Below, piece by piece: positions 13,467 through 25,953 of a DNA stretch of 64,000 nucleotides. Numbering within the stretch: position 1 is the stretch's first letter; every line of letters begins with the position of its first letter. The notes below the pieces were generated by a model. That model saw nothing but the letters and a program-made list of their open reading frames with translations. It ran no database searches and was not told the origin of the DNA. The stretch is from Eledone cirrhosa. Its lineage: Eukaryota. The stretch lies in NCBI GenBank assembly GCA_964016885.1, contig OZ024743.1, forward strand, positions 262,198,001 to 262,262,000. Direction: 5' to 3'. The translations under genes and the position numbers were made by a program.

Positions 13467-13503
<37 letters not shown>

Positions 13504-13613
13504 ATATATGTATGTATATATATATGTGTATATATATATACATACATATATATATATACATACATACATGTGTATATATATATACATACATATATGTGTA
13601 TATATATATACAT

Positions 13614-14178
13614 ACAGAAAGTAAAGCGGGATGTGAGGAAGGGCATTGCTGTTGCACTTCCAGACGGCGAGGGTCCTCCTATGGTGCTGACATGCAGCGT
13701 ATGTGCGAGACTCTGCCTAAGCAAAGCTGAACTCGAAAGTCATCTTCGCAGTCATAAAGTAAGACCAGTAGTTGACTACCAGGCTGCTGTTGGAGATGCT
13801 ACTCATCATGCTTGCCAAACATGTGGTAGAGAATGTAAATCAGCAGGAGGGCTCAAGCGACATGCAAAAGTACACGAACTCCAACCACAGCCGACTATTC
13901 CCAGTGAATGTTTTGGTTGCCGACTCTGTGCAAGACATTGTAGATCATTGGCTGGGCTAAAAAGCCACATTCGATCGCAGCACTGTTAGTTGTTATCGTG
14001 TGTGTGTGTGTAGATATGCTTATGTGCGTGCGTGTGTGTGTATATATATATGAATATGTATATTATTATTGTTGTTGTCGTTATTATTATTATTGCTATT
14101 ATTATTATTATTATTATTATTATTGTTATTAATGTATGTGTGTGTGTGTGTATGTATGTGTGTATGTATATATGTATG

Positions 14179-14217
<39 letters not shown>

Positions 14218-14357
14218 TTTTTTTTTATTTAATTATTTATTATTATTATTATTATTATTATTTTATTTTATTTTATTTATTTTTTTTATTTTTTTTATTT
14301 TTTTTTTTTTTATTCTCGTGCAATGGCCATACTCGATAACGAGGGGGCAGCCATCAT
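13614..14357 (+). mobile_element. 3' fragment of a LINE (probably RTE clade) with three C-terminal C2H2 zinc fingers; 3' UTR expanded by simple repeats
   Basis: [41 protein letters not shown], stop at 13989. Tail TGGCCATACTCGATAACGAGGGGGCAGCCATCAT (14324-14357) resembles that of the five-copy element. Confidence 0.7.
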
Positions 14358-14666
14358 ATATATATATATGTGTATATATATGTATATATATATGTGTATA
14401 TATATATATATGTATGTATATATATATATATATATATGTGTATATATATATATATGTGTATATATATATATATATGTGTATATATATATATATATATATG
14501 TGTATATATATATATATATATGTGTATATATATATATATATATATGTGTATATATATATATATATATATGTGTATATATATATATATATATATGTGTATA
14601 TATATATATATATGTGTATATATATATATATGTGTATATATATATATATATGTGTATATATATATA

Positions 14667-14716
<50 letters not shown>

Positions 14717-14730
14717 TGTATATGTATATG

Positions 14731-14763
<33 letters not shown>

Positions 14764-16090
14764 GTATGTTTATATATATATGTGTATATATATATGTATG
14801 TATGTATATATATATATATGTATGTATATATATATATATATGTGTATGTATGTATGTATGTATGTATGTATATATATATATATATATGTGTATATATGTA
14901 TGTATGTATATATATATATGTATGTATGTATATATATATATATATATATGTGTATGTATGTATGTATGTATGTATATATATATATATATGTGTGTATATA
15001 TGTATGTATGTATATATATATATATATATATGTATGTATATATATATATATATGTGTATATATGTATGTATGTATGTATGTATATGTATATATATGTATG
15101 TATGTATGTACGTATGTATATATATATATGTATGTATATATATATATGTATGTATGTACCTTTGTATATATGTATATATATATATATATGTATGTAAATA
15201 TGTATGTATATTCTGGTTTTATAATTTCACAAATTTTTACCAATAGAGAGTCAGTTTCTAACAAGACTCTTTCATTGGAATTTACACATCAACTAGGTAG
15301 ATTATGTATGCATGCATGTGTAGATATGGATGTTATTGTATGTGTGCATGTGTATGTTTTGAGTTGTATGTGTGCATGTGTATATGCTTTGTATTTGTAC
15401 ATGTGTATATGTAGTTATTAGATGCAACATTTTTAGTATGTTTTACATATTTTTACTGTTCCAACACTGCCATCACCACCACAAACGGCATATACATACA
15501 CTCTGACACAAACACATCAACTGTCTACTCCATCACCTTAATCACCACAACACCATCTGTACCATTCGCTACTACATGTAACTACACAATACATACCACA
15601 AACCACACATCCCTGCCAAACACAGACACACACACACATGCACAAGTGCCTAAACAAGGACACATATGATACACAATCCCAAACACGCACACAGTTTTAT
15701 TTATTTTCTTTACATTTCCCTTTCTTATTCTGTCTTTTTCTATGGCTGGATACCCATCCTAACACCAACCACTTTACAGCGTATACTGAGTGATTTTGTG
15801 TAGATCACTAGGTCGGTTGTCATGTCTTTGACACAACTGGAGGGTCCTTCAAACCTTTTGTTTGGCAAGTCTTCTATAGCTTGATGCCCTTCAACCTATT
15901 TACAGCATGTACACAGGCTGCATTTCTCTTGTAGATCACCAACAGTAGAGAGTGTCTTGTGTTAATACACAATAGAAGGGTTTTCTCAACCTTTTTAGGC
16001 ATGGTTTCTTAAGTGGTGTACCATTGTTGCCAACCACTCTTATGCTGTGTACCAGGTGCAGTTTCGTGGCACTGTTGCTGGGTATTAGTG

Positions 16091-16400
16091 TGAAGGTGTA
16101 TGGCTTAGTGGTTAGAGAGTTGGGTTTACAATCATGAGGTGAATTTGAATCCCAGACTGGGTGATGTGTTGTGTCCTTGAGCAAGACACCTTATTTCACC
16201 TTGCACCAGTTCATTCAGCCATAGAAATGAGTTTCAACTTAACTGGTGCCAAGCTGTATTAGCCTTTGCCTTTGCCTTGGCCAACATTGGTAGTGTGGAG
16301 TGGGGAGATTGCCATGCATAAACAACCTTGCTTGGATGTGTGCTTTAGAGAAGTTTCTAGGTGCAAATCCCATGATCATTTGTGACCGAAGTGGTCTTTA
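16091..16400 (+). mobile_element. tRNA-derived CORE-type SINE, diverged
   Basis: TGGCTTAGTGGTTAGAG head, TTTGAATCCC B-box remnant, GTCCTTGAGCAAGACAC core. Confidence 0.75.
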
Positions 16401-16555
16401 TATATGTATATATGTATATGTATATATGTGTATATATATATGCATATTTATATATATGTATTTGTATATTTGTGTATATATGTATATTTATATATATATA
16501 TATATATGTGTGTGGTGTGTGTGTGTGTGTCTGTGTGTGTGTGTGTGTGTGTGTG

Positions 16556-16615
<60 letters not shown>

Positions 16616-16620
<5 letters not shown>

Positions 16621-16838
16621 TGGGTAATAGGAAAATGTTCAAGACCCTGATGGCAGAGCTCAAGCTGTTTCGACACCTATTTCTGAACTAAATAGAATTT
16701 AGTCCAGAAATAGCCGGCGAAACAGCTTGAACTCTGCCATCGGCGTCTTGAACATTTTCCTATTACCCACTCTACTACCCAAAGTATTGAATATTCTGGT
16801 GCGTTATGGTCCACCTGGTTCCTTACCACACTTCCTTC

Positions 16839-16840
<2 letters not shown>
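16616..16840. repeat. ~159-bp imperfect palindrome (16616-16774) plus a 65-bp tail; MITE-like or foldback repeat
   Basis: TAGAGTGGGTAATAGGAAAATGTTCAAGAC...GTCTTGAACATTTTCCTATTACCCACTCTA pairs almost to the centre. Confidence 0.8.
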
Positions 16841-16877
<37 letters not shown>

Positions 16878-17097
16878 GTCTGTGTATATATATATATTTA
16901 TATGTCTGTGTATATATATATATTTATATGTCTGTGTATATATTTATATTTATATGTATATATATATATTTATATGTCTGTGTGTATATGTGTATATTTA
17001 TATGTATATATATATGTCTGTGTGTATATATGTATACCCAAAGTATTGAATATTCTGGTGCGTTATGGTCCACCTGGTTCCTTACCACACTTCCTTC

Positions 17098-17136
<39 letters not shown>

Positions 17137-17290
17137 GTCTGTGTATATATATATATTTATATGTCTGTGTATATATATATATTTATATGTCTGTGTATAT
17201 ATTTATATTTATATGTATATATATATATTTATATGTCTGTGTGTATATGTGTATATTTATATGTATATATATATGTCTGTGTGTATATAT
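16776..17290. repeat. Direct tandem duplication of a ~260-bp unit (tail plus microsatellite)
   Basis: TACCCAAAGTATTGAATATTCTGGTGCG... occurs at 16776 and 17035 with the same downstream microsatellite pattern. Confidence 0.85.
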
Positions 17291-17374
17291 GTATATTTAT
17301 GTGAGTATATATATGTATATTTATGTGTGTGCATATATATGTATACATGTATGTGTGTTTATATATATATATAT

Positions 17375-17781
17375 AAAAGCCGACCTTAGCCAATTGCACC
17401 TCTCAAGGGCGATGACACACGACCGTCACCTCTGGCGTCACACAGTAATACAGAAAACCCGACTTCCCATGGGTACAAGCTGAAGCATATAGACAATATG
17501 CCCCCACCTCCTCCCACTGCAAAGTGGTTGTGGAGGTGCCACGACAAAAAAGCACTCAGTCCACACTATAAAGTGGACGTGTAGGTGCCACGGAAAAAAA
17601 GCACCCAGCACTCACTGTAAATGAGGTTGGTGTTAGGAACGGTATCCAGTTATAGAAATCAAGCCAGAATCAATTCCTGTATGAGCAAGACAAGGTCAGC
17701 TGACTGGACACTGCCCACAACAGGACAACCCGTCTAACCCATGCTAGTGTGGAAGAACAGACGTAAAACGGTGATGATGAT
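17375..17781 (+). mobile_element. RTE subfamily A, 3' terminal fragment
   Basis: IKADLSQLHLSRAMTHDRHLWRH, 3' UTR and (GAT)n tail. Confidence 0.88.
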
Positions 17782-17916
17782 GTGTTTATATGTATACATG
17801 TATATTTATATATGTATGTGTGTTTATATGTATATATGTATATTTATATATGTATATGTGTTTAGATGTATATATGTATCTGTGTTTAGATGTATATATG
17901 TATATGTTTTTATATA

Positions 17917-18200
17917 TCTTAGTCTTAGTTTCTTCCGTGCCATTCGGTGCATCAAGCAGTGAGTACTTTCCAATGGTCACAATCTTTTTTGCCAAGTGAT
18001 GTTGGCTGCCATATTGTCTTTTTGGAACGTTCATCGCCAGGTGAACCCTGGCTTCATTTGCTGCCAAGTGGAGTCCAGTTCATCGCTGTTTTCGAGTGTC
18101 ATTCGTCAGGTAGGTGCAGAATATGGCCAGCCAAGTGGCACCGGCGCTTCGCAACCATCCTCAGTAACATCCAGGACTCAGCTCTCCGCAGAATTTCCTT
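17917..18200 (-). mobile_element. Degenerate 3' fragment of a third RTE-like family with a (TAAGAC)n tail
   Basis: Minus-strand translation RRCHLAGHILHLPDE*HSKTAMNWTP resembles an RTE C-terminus. Ends in TAAGACTAAGA. Confidence 0.6.
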
Positions 18201-20053
18201 GTTTATATATATATATGTATATTTATGTGCGTGTATATGTATACATATGTATGTATCTGTCTATATATATTTAGGTGTGGACTATGCTGATACTGTGCCA
18301 TTTAAGCAATTTTGTCATTTGTTCCTCCCCACCACAGGTCAAACTTTAGAGAAAAGTGATAACATCAGATGTAATGGAATATTTTGTGGCCTCTTTTGCA
18401 TATGTATATGAAGATATAATAGGTTCCACACTGAGCAATAGAGAGGATCTCAGAAGTTCCGAATTCAGTCTATGCCATGTCATGAGTCAGAAAGAGAAAA
18501 GAAATGTAGCAGTGAACTAGGTAAAGAAGGAAGAAAACAGAGGTTGCCATGTAGTATTGGTGCAATGCGGCCAATAGGGACACTATATTGCTTGAAAGGA
18601 ATTTGGTGTTGAGTGGAATATAGAATCAAAGGAACTTTATCCATGGGAGCCAGCCAGAACCAATTTTCTTGTTAGCACTGTCTATGACATGCTTCATAGT
18701 CCCATAAACATAAGGCATTGGAAAATAAAAGTGGCTGTGCCAATGTGATAGGGGTGAATTGATAAGGCCCATCCTCTATAATTGCCTACTAGTCCTGCCA
18801 CATATAGTCGCATCACTAAGTGCTTCGGGTACTGGCTGATGCTGTCAGAAACAGAGTAAAGAAAATCAACAGCAGCAAGAGACTCCAAGTTATGGAGAAG
18901 AATAGAGTTTCACCAGGAAGGTGAAAGCTGCAAGCCAGCCAGTATGAGAGACAAATGATCCAAAATGGGAAATGTGCTGGGAGGTCTCGGTTGATCTGAG
19001 TAAATATCACTTCCTACTTTTTGCTACCAAAAACCCAACCTTATCATATGGTGCAAGGAAAGGAAAGTTGTAAAGATGGTAGAACTGGCAGTTCCTCTAG
19101 GAGATAAACATCAATAAAGTATTTGACAGGAAAAACAGAAGGTAGAGAGTGTTGGTTGAACTTTTTGTAAATAATAGATGGGAAACATCATGCCTTCCTG
19201 TGGAGATAAATGTCAGAATATTTCCTGGAACCAAGGTTGACTTGCTGCTGAAGGACACTTGACTAGTCATAAAGGAAATTACCAGAGGCTGCTGAGAAAA
19301 CAAACCACAGTATCTGGTTTGAGAGGGAAGATATTTGGTATGTCTAAATCAGTGAAGAGTGTCCATCAAATGGTATCCAGCATCGAGGTTTACAAGGATG
19401 CCTGGTCCAGAGTCACAGTAGCTGACTCACTTAATTTTGTGCTGTTATGCAGGAGTTTCATCACCTATATCAGTATGTAGCTCTGGTGTTGCAGTTGAAG
19501 GGTCTGAAATACTGCCTGATGGGACATCAATTTCTGCATTTGGGGACTGATTAAAGCAACGCTCTTAATGCATAAGTATAATATATATCCTATATATAGT
19601 GGTGCTACTAAGTTAGACATGGCCTGGGCCAATACTGGCCAAAACTTATCATATATATATATCATCATCTTAATCGTTTAACGTCTACTATGCTAGCATG
19701 GGTTAGATGGGTTCGTCCCATTTGAGGCAAGTTGAGTCGGGTAAACGTGTCTTGCTCATATAGGACTGTTTCTGGCTGATTTTCTATGGCTGGATGCCCT
19801 ATATATATATATTTTTTTTGTGTGCCATCATCACCCTCACCATCACTATTTTTAATGCTACCATGGGTTGGACAGGTTGTTACATGTTGAGACTAGACAA
19901 AACACATGGCAACATCTTGTTCATACATTCCATTTTGGCATGGTTTATATGGCTGGATGCCCACCACTTTACAGTATATTTTATTATGACACCAGCACTA
20001 CCCAATTATAGAATGCATTAAGTGCATTTCCTTCTCTTCTCTCTCTCTCTATC

Positions 20054-20090
<37 letters not shown>

Positions 20091-20965
20091 GCCCATATAC
20101 CCACTACCCTTCCATACACATTCTAACACTCCCCCCCTCACACACGCACATATATCCACCTCCCTAATCCTCACACATACTCCCCACCAAAGCCCCCAGC
20201 TCACACCCTAATGTGGTCATGATGGCGACATGACAAAAGTTGCCCAGCCCACACTGTAAGGTGGTCATGCAGATGTCACGACAAACAGTATCTAGCCTAC
20301 ACTGTAAAGTAGTGATGCAGGTGTCATGACAAACAGTACCCAGCCCAGTGGTCATGTAGGAATCATGACGATAAGCACCCAGTATGCACTCTAAATGTGG
20401 TTGGTGTTAGGATGGGCATCCAGCTGTAAAAACCAAGCCCAAATCAGTTCTGTGTGTTGAAGACATTGTCATCTGACCCAACTTGCCTCAAATAGGACAA
20501 CCTGCAAGTGTGGAAAATGGACGTTAAACGGTGATGATGATGATGATATACATGCATATTCATAGCAGGGGAAATGGAAATTAAATGTTAATTATGATAA
20601 CTAGCAGAAAAACCACCCGAAGAGTGGTTTTCTGCTAGCATGTGTAGTATGTATATTGATATTATACACAAGTATATATACATGTAGATATGATACATCA
20701 AATAAAATCGTAATTGACAATATAAACAGAAATTTAACGAAGTCGTTGTTACACTGTCTTATGTAATCAGTAACGTAATCCATGATACATTAAAAAAGAC
20801 GATATTATATATAAACTGCATTAGTTTATATATAGTTTAAAAAAAGTACCACTAATACACTGGGATAATTGCTGGCCTTGTGCCAAAAGTAGAAACAATT
20901 ATATATAAACTGCATTAGGAGAAAATTAGTGACAGAAAATTAGTATGTTTATTTAAGTGATCGCC

Positions 20966-21048
20966 ACCGGAAGTGTTGACACCACACACTCTCTTTCTAT
21001 ATATATGGTAGTTGAAGTGGTGGTGGTGGCAACGATATACCGGAAGTG
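20966..21048 (+). promoter_or_regulatory. Candidate housekeeping promoter: two identical ETS/GABP-type ACCGGAAGTG motifs
   Basis: ACCGGAAGTG at 20966-20975 and 21039-21048 in non-repetitive sequence of a CpG-poor window. Confidence 0.45.
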
Positions 21049-21215
21049 CAACTTTGAAAAGAAGTCAATTTTGTATTATTTATTTTTACGAAATTATTTT
21101 TGTTTACGAAATTTAGTAGATAAATTATGTAATATTCATTCATTATTTATTCAAAGTAATCCAACTTATTTTACTAACAGGATAAAAAAAAAACTGTACA
21201 CAGACCTTCCTTTAT

Positions 21216-22174
21216 GACGTATAGGTTCTTCAAAACACAACAGAACCCTCTGTGTTCAGAGAACGTGAGGCCACCTGTGAGACGTGGGACCGGCTGGGAC
21301 TTAGCACAGTAGACGTCCCTCCTCCTTCTCCCCCTGTTGACGTCAAGTCCCCCCAACGCACTTGGGATGCCATCCAGTGCAGCCTGGCCTCAGACAGGCT
21401 CACGCGCCAGCTCGACCAGCACTGCCTTGCTTGTTTTCGTGCGGCCTCCAAACCCCACAGTGGTGCCTGGCTCCATGCCTTGCCCTCCTTCTCCACTGGC
21501 ACGCAGTTAGACAACCATAGCCTGTGAATCGGCGTTTCCCTGAGGCTCGGCCTCCGTATCTGCCAGCCACACCAATGTTGCTGCGGTTCCACCGTGGATT
21601 CTTTGGGCCTCCACCCGCTTTCCTGTCGCCACAGTGCCGGCCGCATTCCACGCCATACTGCCCTCAATGAGGTCATTAAGCATGGCTTGGACGCTGCAGG
21701 CTTCCCTTCCCAGCTCAAGCCGGTGGGGCTGGATCGAGGGGACGGCGAAAGGCCAGATGGCATGACCATCTTCCTGTTCCGCGGTGGTAACCCCTCGTCT
21801 GGGATGCCACTTGCACCGACACTTACTGTAGTCGCAACCTGGTGCAGTCTGCGACTGACCCAGGTTCTGCTGCACGTCGGGCTGAGGGGGCCAAACTCCT
21901 CAAATACCGGTCGCTCTCTGACAGGTTTGCGGTCGTACCCCTGGCAGTGGAGACTTCTGGTGTCCTCGGCCCCAGGGCTACCTCCTTACTCACCACCATA
22001 GGCGCTGAGCAGGCCAGCCGCAGGTGTGAGCCCCGCGAGTTGGAGTGGCTTTTCCAGCGCATCTCCCTTGCTGTCCTCCGGGGAAACGCCTTCTCCATTC
22101 TGTCCGCTGGGGCTGTGTGTGGGCCCCCATCGCGTACTGTTGTAATTGTTGTATACAGATATTAACTCATCAAT
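21216..22174 (+). mobile_element. CRE-like non-LTR retrotransposon 3' fragment (zinc knuckle + restriction-like endonuclease), pseudogenised
   Basis: [55 protein letters not shown] across one stop and a frameshift. 11-bp TSD CCTTCCTTTAT at 21205-21215 and 22175-22185. Visibly GC-rich. Confidence 0.82.
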
Positions 22175-22501
22175 CCTTCCTTTATTATAGTTTAGATTAG
22201 ATATACATACATCTATATAGCTGTGTGTATATGATTAAGAGCTTGCATATGTATATACATTGTTTGTCTGTGTGTAGTTGTGAATTTAAGAATATTGAAA
22301 ACTGGTGTGTCTGGTTTTAGTTGTGTGTGAATATGTGGGTGGATGTTTATTTGTGTGAATATGTTTGTGCACATATGCATGTGATGCTTTTGAATTTTAT
22401 ATATATTTTATATATCTGTAATAGTTTATACATGTATGGTCTAACCCATGCTAGTGTGGAAGGACGTTAAACGATGATGATGATATATATATGTGTGTAT
22501 A

Positions 22502-22547
<46 letters not shown>

Positions 22548-22767
22548 ATAATAATATTAAAAGGGAACAAAGAATCAGAATTGCATATATAGATATATAT
22601 GCACACTAATATACACATTTGCATGTGTGATTACTATGGATACGTTGAGATGTGTATATTTGTTTATATTTATGCATTTACAGTTTTTTATACACATCTA
22701 TTTATGAGTGAATGTATATTTTTGTATTACTATAGGAGTGGTAATTATCTTGCTTTTAACAATGTTA

Positions 22768-22814
<47 letters not shown>

Positions 22815-24013
22815 ATAGTGCAGATAATGAGGGTGTTTATCCATGGAAGTTATGTTGTAATGCCATGAGGATAAACCATTTTAAGCAATCCAAAAGTACT
22901 TCAAGTCAGCAGTGTATACACAGCAAAATGTTGGTAATTAGGTGTGACGGAGATTTCAAATAGGAGAGGTTATTCAGAGAGGGTTACTTTTAGATAATCT
23001 TTTTAATTTCATAATATATATTTCAATGACGTAGTTATGCAGTTGTTATATTATTGAGTCTCCATGTGACATCATCATATGCTCATACAATTATGAGGTG
23101 TAGTTATGCATGTAACACTGTCTTAACATTTTGTGTATATATGGTATAGGTGATTTAATGAATTACTGGTGGTGGTACCAATATGAGTACTAGATGCACT
23201 GGCAGTGTATATATATATTAAGAAAAATAATAGTTTCATTTACATGTTTTTATTATTGACCTGTTTCACAGATGGTTGGCTCAAGGTCACCTATAGTAGC
23301 TATAGACCTGACTCCAGCATCTATCTACTCATCGGACTTGGGGATTCAACAAAAATAGAGTATATATGTGTGTGTATATATATATCTATACAAAATGTTA
23401 TGAAACGAAAGGAGCTGTGTGGTTACTAAAACAAGGTTTAGGATGGTGGTTAGGACGGAACAGGAGGAGAAAAGAAGAAAGGAGTTTCCATCGTCAGCTG
23501 TAAATGTTTCGGCGCTGAATTACAGGACATTGGTGTATTTCGGGTGCGCCCGAGGCCTTTTATTAATCAAAAGGCCAGGTGGAAAAGGAGAGAGAAAGAG
23601 AGGAAAAAAAGGGGAGAAAAAAGGAGAGAGAAAAGAAAAGAGAGGGAAAGGAGGAAGAACAGGGGGGCATCATCACCATTTAATGTCTATTTTCCACACT
23701 AACAAGGGTTAGTTGAGTTATCTTGTGAGACAAGTCAGACCAGATGACTGTGTCTTGCACATAGGGAACTGTTTCTGGCTTGGTTTCTGCAGCTGGATGC
23801 CCTTCCTAACACCAACCACATTTACTGTGTGGGCTGGGTGCTTTTTATCCAGGTACCAAAGTTACCATCTTACTTTGTTGACTGTGCGCTTTTTATCATG
23901 ATACCAACATGACCATATTACAGTGTGGATTGGGCATTTTTTATTGTAGGACCAAAAACGACTGCTATATACATATATATATATATAGTTTTAATATAGT
24001 TTTAATATAGAAG

Positions 24014-24064
24014 AGCTTCTACAGGACTAGAACTGTTTCATTCGTGAGAAATCATCAGGAAGCT
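24014..24064 (-). ncRNA. Type I hammerhead-ribozyme-like motif, probably from a Penelope-like terminal repeat
   Basis: Minus strand reads AGCUUC-CUGAUGA-UUUC UCAC GAAU-GAAA-CAG UUCUAGUC CUG-UA-GAAGCU. Stem I is 6 bp, stem III 4 bp, cleavage triplet GUA. The stem II closing pair is a U-U mismatch. Confidence 0.6.
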
Positions 24065-24467
24065 GGCTGTCCAAGTAAATGGTAGTATTTATGTCTTTCC
24101 TTATCTGGTGATAAGAGAGGGTGGGGATTGGGATGGGTGTGGTCATTGGTTGAAGGATTTAAAGAAAGGGAATTCATTAAAAGCTAATTCTTTAAAGCTA
24201 TAATATTAACAAAGGCAGAAAGAATACTGTAAACAAGTTCAAAATTGGAATACCTATCCTTGTTTATCACTTAAAGTAATAATATCTGTAAGACAGGTGT
24301 CTACAGAATGGGTGGGATTCAGTGGTTTAAAGAAAAGGGAAATTCTTTAGAAGCTAATTCTTTAAGGCTAAAATGAGGGTGACAAAGGCAGAAAAGATTC
24401 CATCAACAAATTCAAGTTTTGGGGTGATTCAACCCGGAATAACTTGTATATATATATACATATATAT

Positions 24468-25311
24468 ATCATCATCATCATCATCAACGTTTAACGTCAG
24501 TGTTCCACGCTTGCATGGGTTTGGACGGGGGTATTCCCACTTGAGGCAAGAGTGATTGTCTTGCTCGCATAGGACTGTCTGGCAGGTTTTCTACAGTTGG
24601 ATGCCCTTCCTAACACCAACCACATTTACAGTGTGGGACTGGGAGGTTTTTACCGTGTTGCCTACACGGCCACATTACAGCGTGGACTGTGTGTTTTTTT
24701 GTCGTGACGCCTACACAATCTCATTTGTTTCGGCCTGGATGTTGTGGCACCAACATAACTTTACATAGGAGGGGGTGGTGTGGATGGGGGTGTGGGTGGT
24801 GGTTGGACCGGGGTGTATTTTGTTAGAGATGCCTACTGGCTGTAGTAGGTTTTACTATGTATTTAGGTAAGGCGGGTCTTCTCTATTACTGAGTACCGCC
24901 AAAGGTCTCAGTCCAGTGACATTGTCTTGGAGAGGTGTAAGTGTGTGAGGTCGGAGTTTATCAGCTCGTCCCAGGATTTTCTAGGTCTGCCTATTCCGTG
25001 GCTACCGTCTATCTTTATTGCTCTGCACTTTGTTATACAGCTATCGACTTTCATGCGCATCACGTGTCCGTACCAACGTAGCCTTCTCTCGAGTAAACAA
25101 CATCTGATCCCTCTTATTTCTAATTTTTTCCTTAGTTCGTTTATGCTTTGCCGTTCACGTATATTACTATTACACATCCAGCGGAGCATGCAAGCTTCGT
25201 TCCTCTCTAGTCTGCGTATATCCTCTGCACACAATGCCCAGGTCTCACTGCCATGCAACATTGCTGTTCGTATGCAGGCATCATACAACCTGCCTTTCAT
25301 TTTTAGGGAGA
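24468..25311 (-). mobile_element. RTE subfamily B, 5'-truncated
   Basis: RT C-terminus with a premature stop after MSLD, 3' UTR and (GAT)n tail. Confidence 0.9.
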
Positions 25312-25385
25312 TATATATATATAATATTTGTTTCGACACACGATTTCATATCAAAAACCTCGCAAAACAAATTCATTGCTGTCAT

Positions 25386-25417
<32 letters not shown>

Positions 25418-25532
25418 GTATAAATATATATATATAAATATATATATATATAAATATATATCATCATCATCATCTTTGTTTAACATCCATCTTCCACGCT
25501 AGCATGGGTTAGATATAAATTTATATATAAAC

Positions 25533-25563
<31 letters not shown>

Positions 25564-25614
25564 AACATATATATATAAATATATATATATATATAAACAT
25601 ATATATATCAATAT

Positions 25615-25912
25615 ATGTTGTTTCCTTGAGCAAGACACTTTATTTCACATTGCTCCAGTTTATTCAGCTGTAGAAATGAGATGATAGGGACTGGAGTCCA
25701 TATCATTCCACTGCAAAGTGGTCGTGGAGGTGCCACGGCAAAAAAGGCACCCAGCACTCACTGTAAATGAAGTTGGTGTTAGGAAGGGCATCCAGCTGTA
25801 GAAATCAAGCCAGAATCAGTTCCCGTCCCACCCTTGCAAGCAGGGAAAAAGCGGACATAAAATGAGGAGGAGGAGGAGGAGGATGAGGATGATGATGATG
25901 ATGATGATGATG
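25615..25912 (+). mobile_element. CORE-type SINE with RTE-derived 3' tail, 5'-truncated
   Basis: CCTTGAGCAAGACACTTTATTTCAC core followed by GTTGGTGTTAGGAAGGGCATCCAGCTGTAGAAATCAAGCC, shared with the RTE-A 3' UTR. Confidence 0.8.

Positions 25913-25952
<40 letters not shown>

Positions 25953-25953
<1 letters not shown>

Larger units (their letters stand above)
125..15210. repeat. Compound (TA)n/(TATG)n/(TG)n microsatellite field, interrupted by retroelement insertions. Main tracts ~150-270, 768-911, 1133-1345, 5363-5756, 6312-8137, 8969-9594, 11100-12565, 13182-13613, 14358-15210
   Basis: Seen directly. All long Y/I/H/T and M/Y/V/C ORFs in the track are translations of these tracts. Confidence 0.97.

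Noticed and set aside
5278-15421. Very long ORFs (up to 658 aa) rich in Y/I/H/T or M/Y/V/C
   Set aside because: Translations of stop-free TA/TG microsatellites, not genes.
18400-19600. Possible old LINE remnants here and at ~33400-33960, 42200-43800, 48050-48960
   Set aside because: Composition is suggestive, but I could not read diagnostic motifs. Left unannotated.
20601-20638. Short hairpin CTAGCAGAAAAACCAC...GTGGTTTTCTGCTAG as a terminator or Helitron end
   Set aside because: Single copy with no associated element, and intrinsic terminators do not apply in this context.
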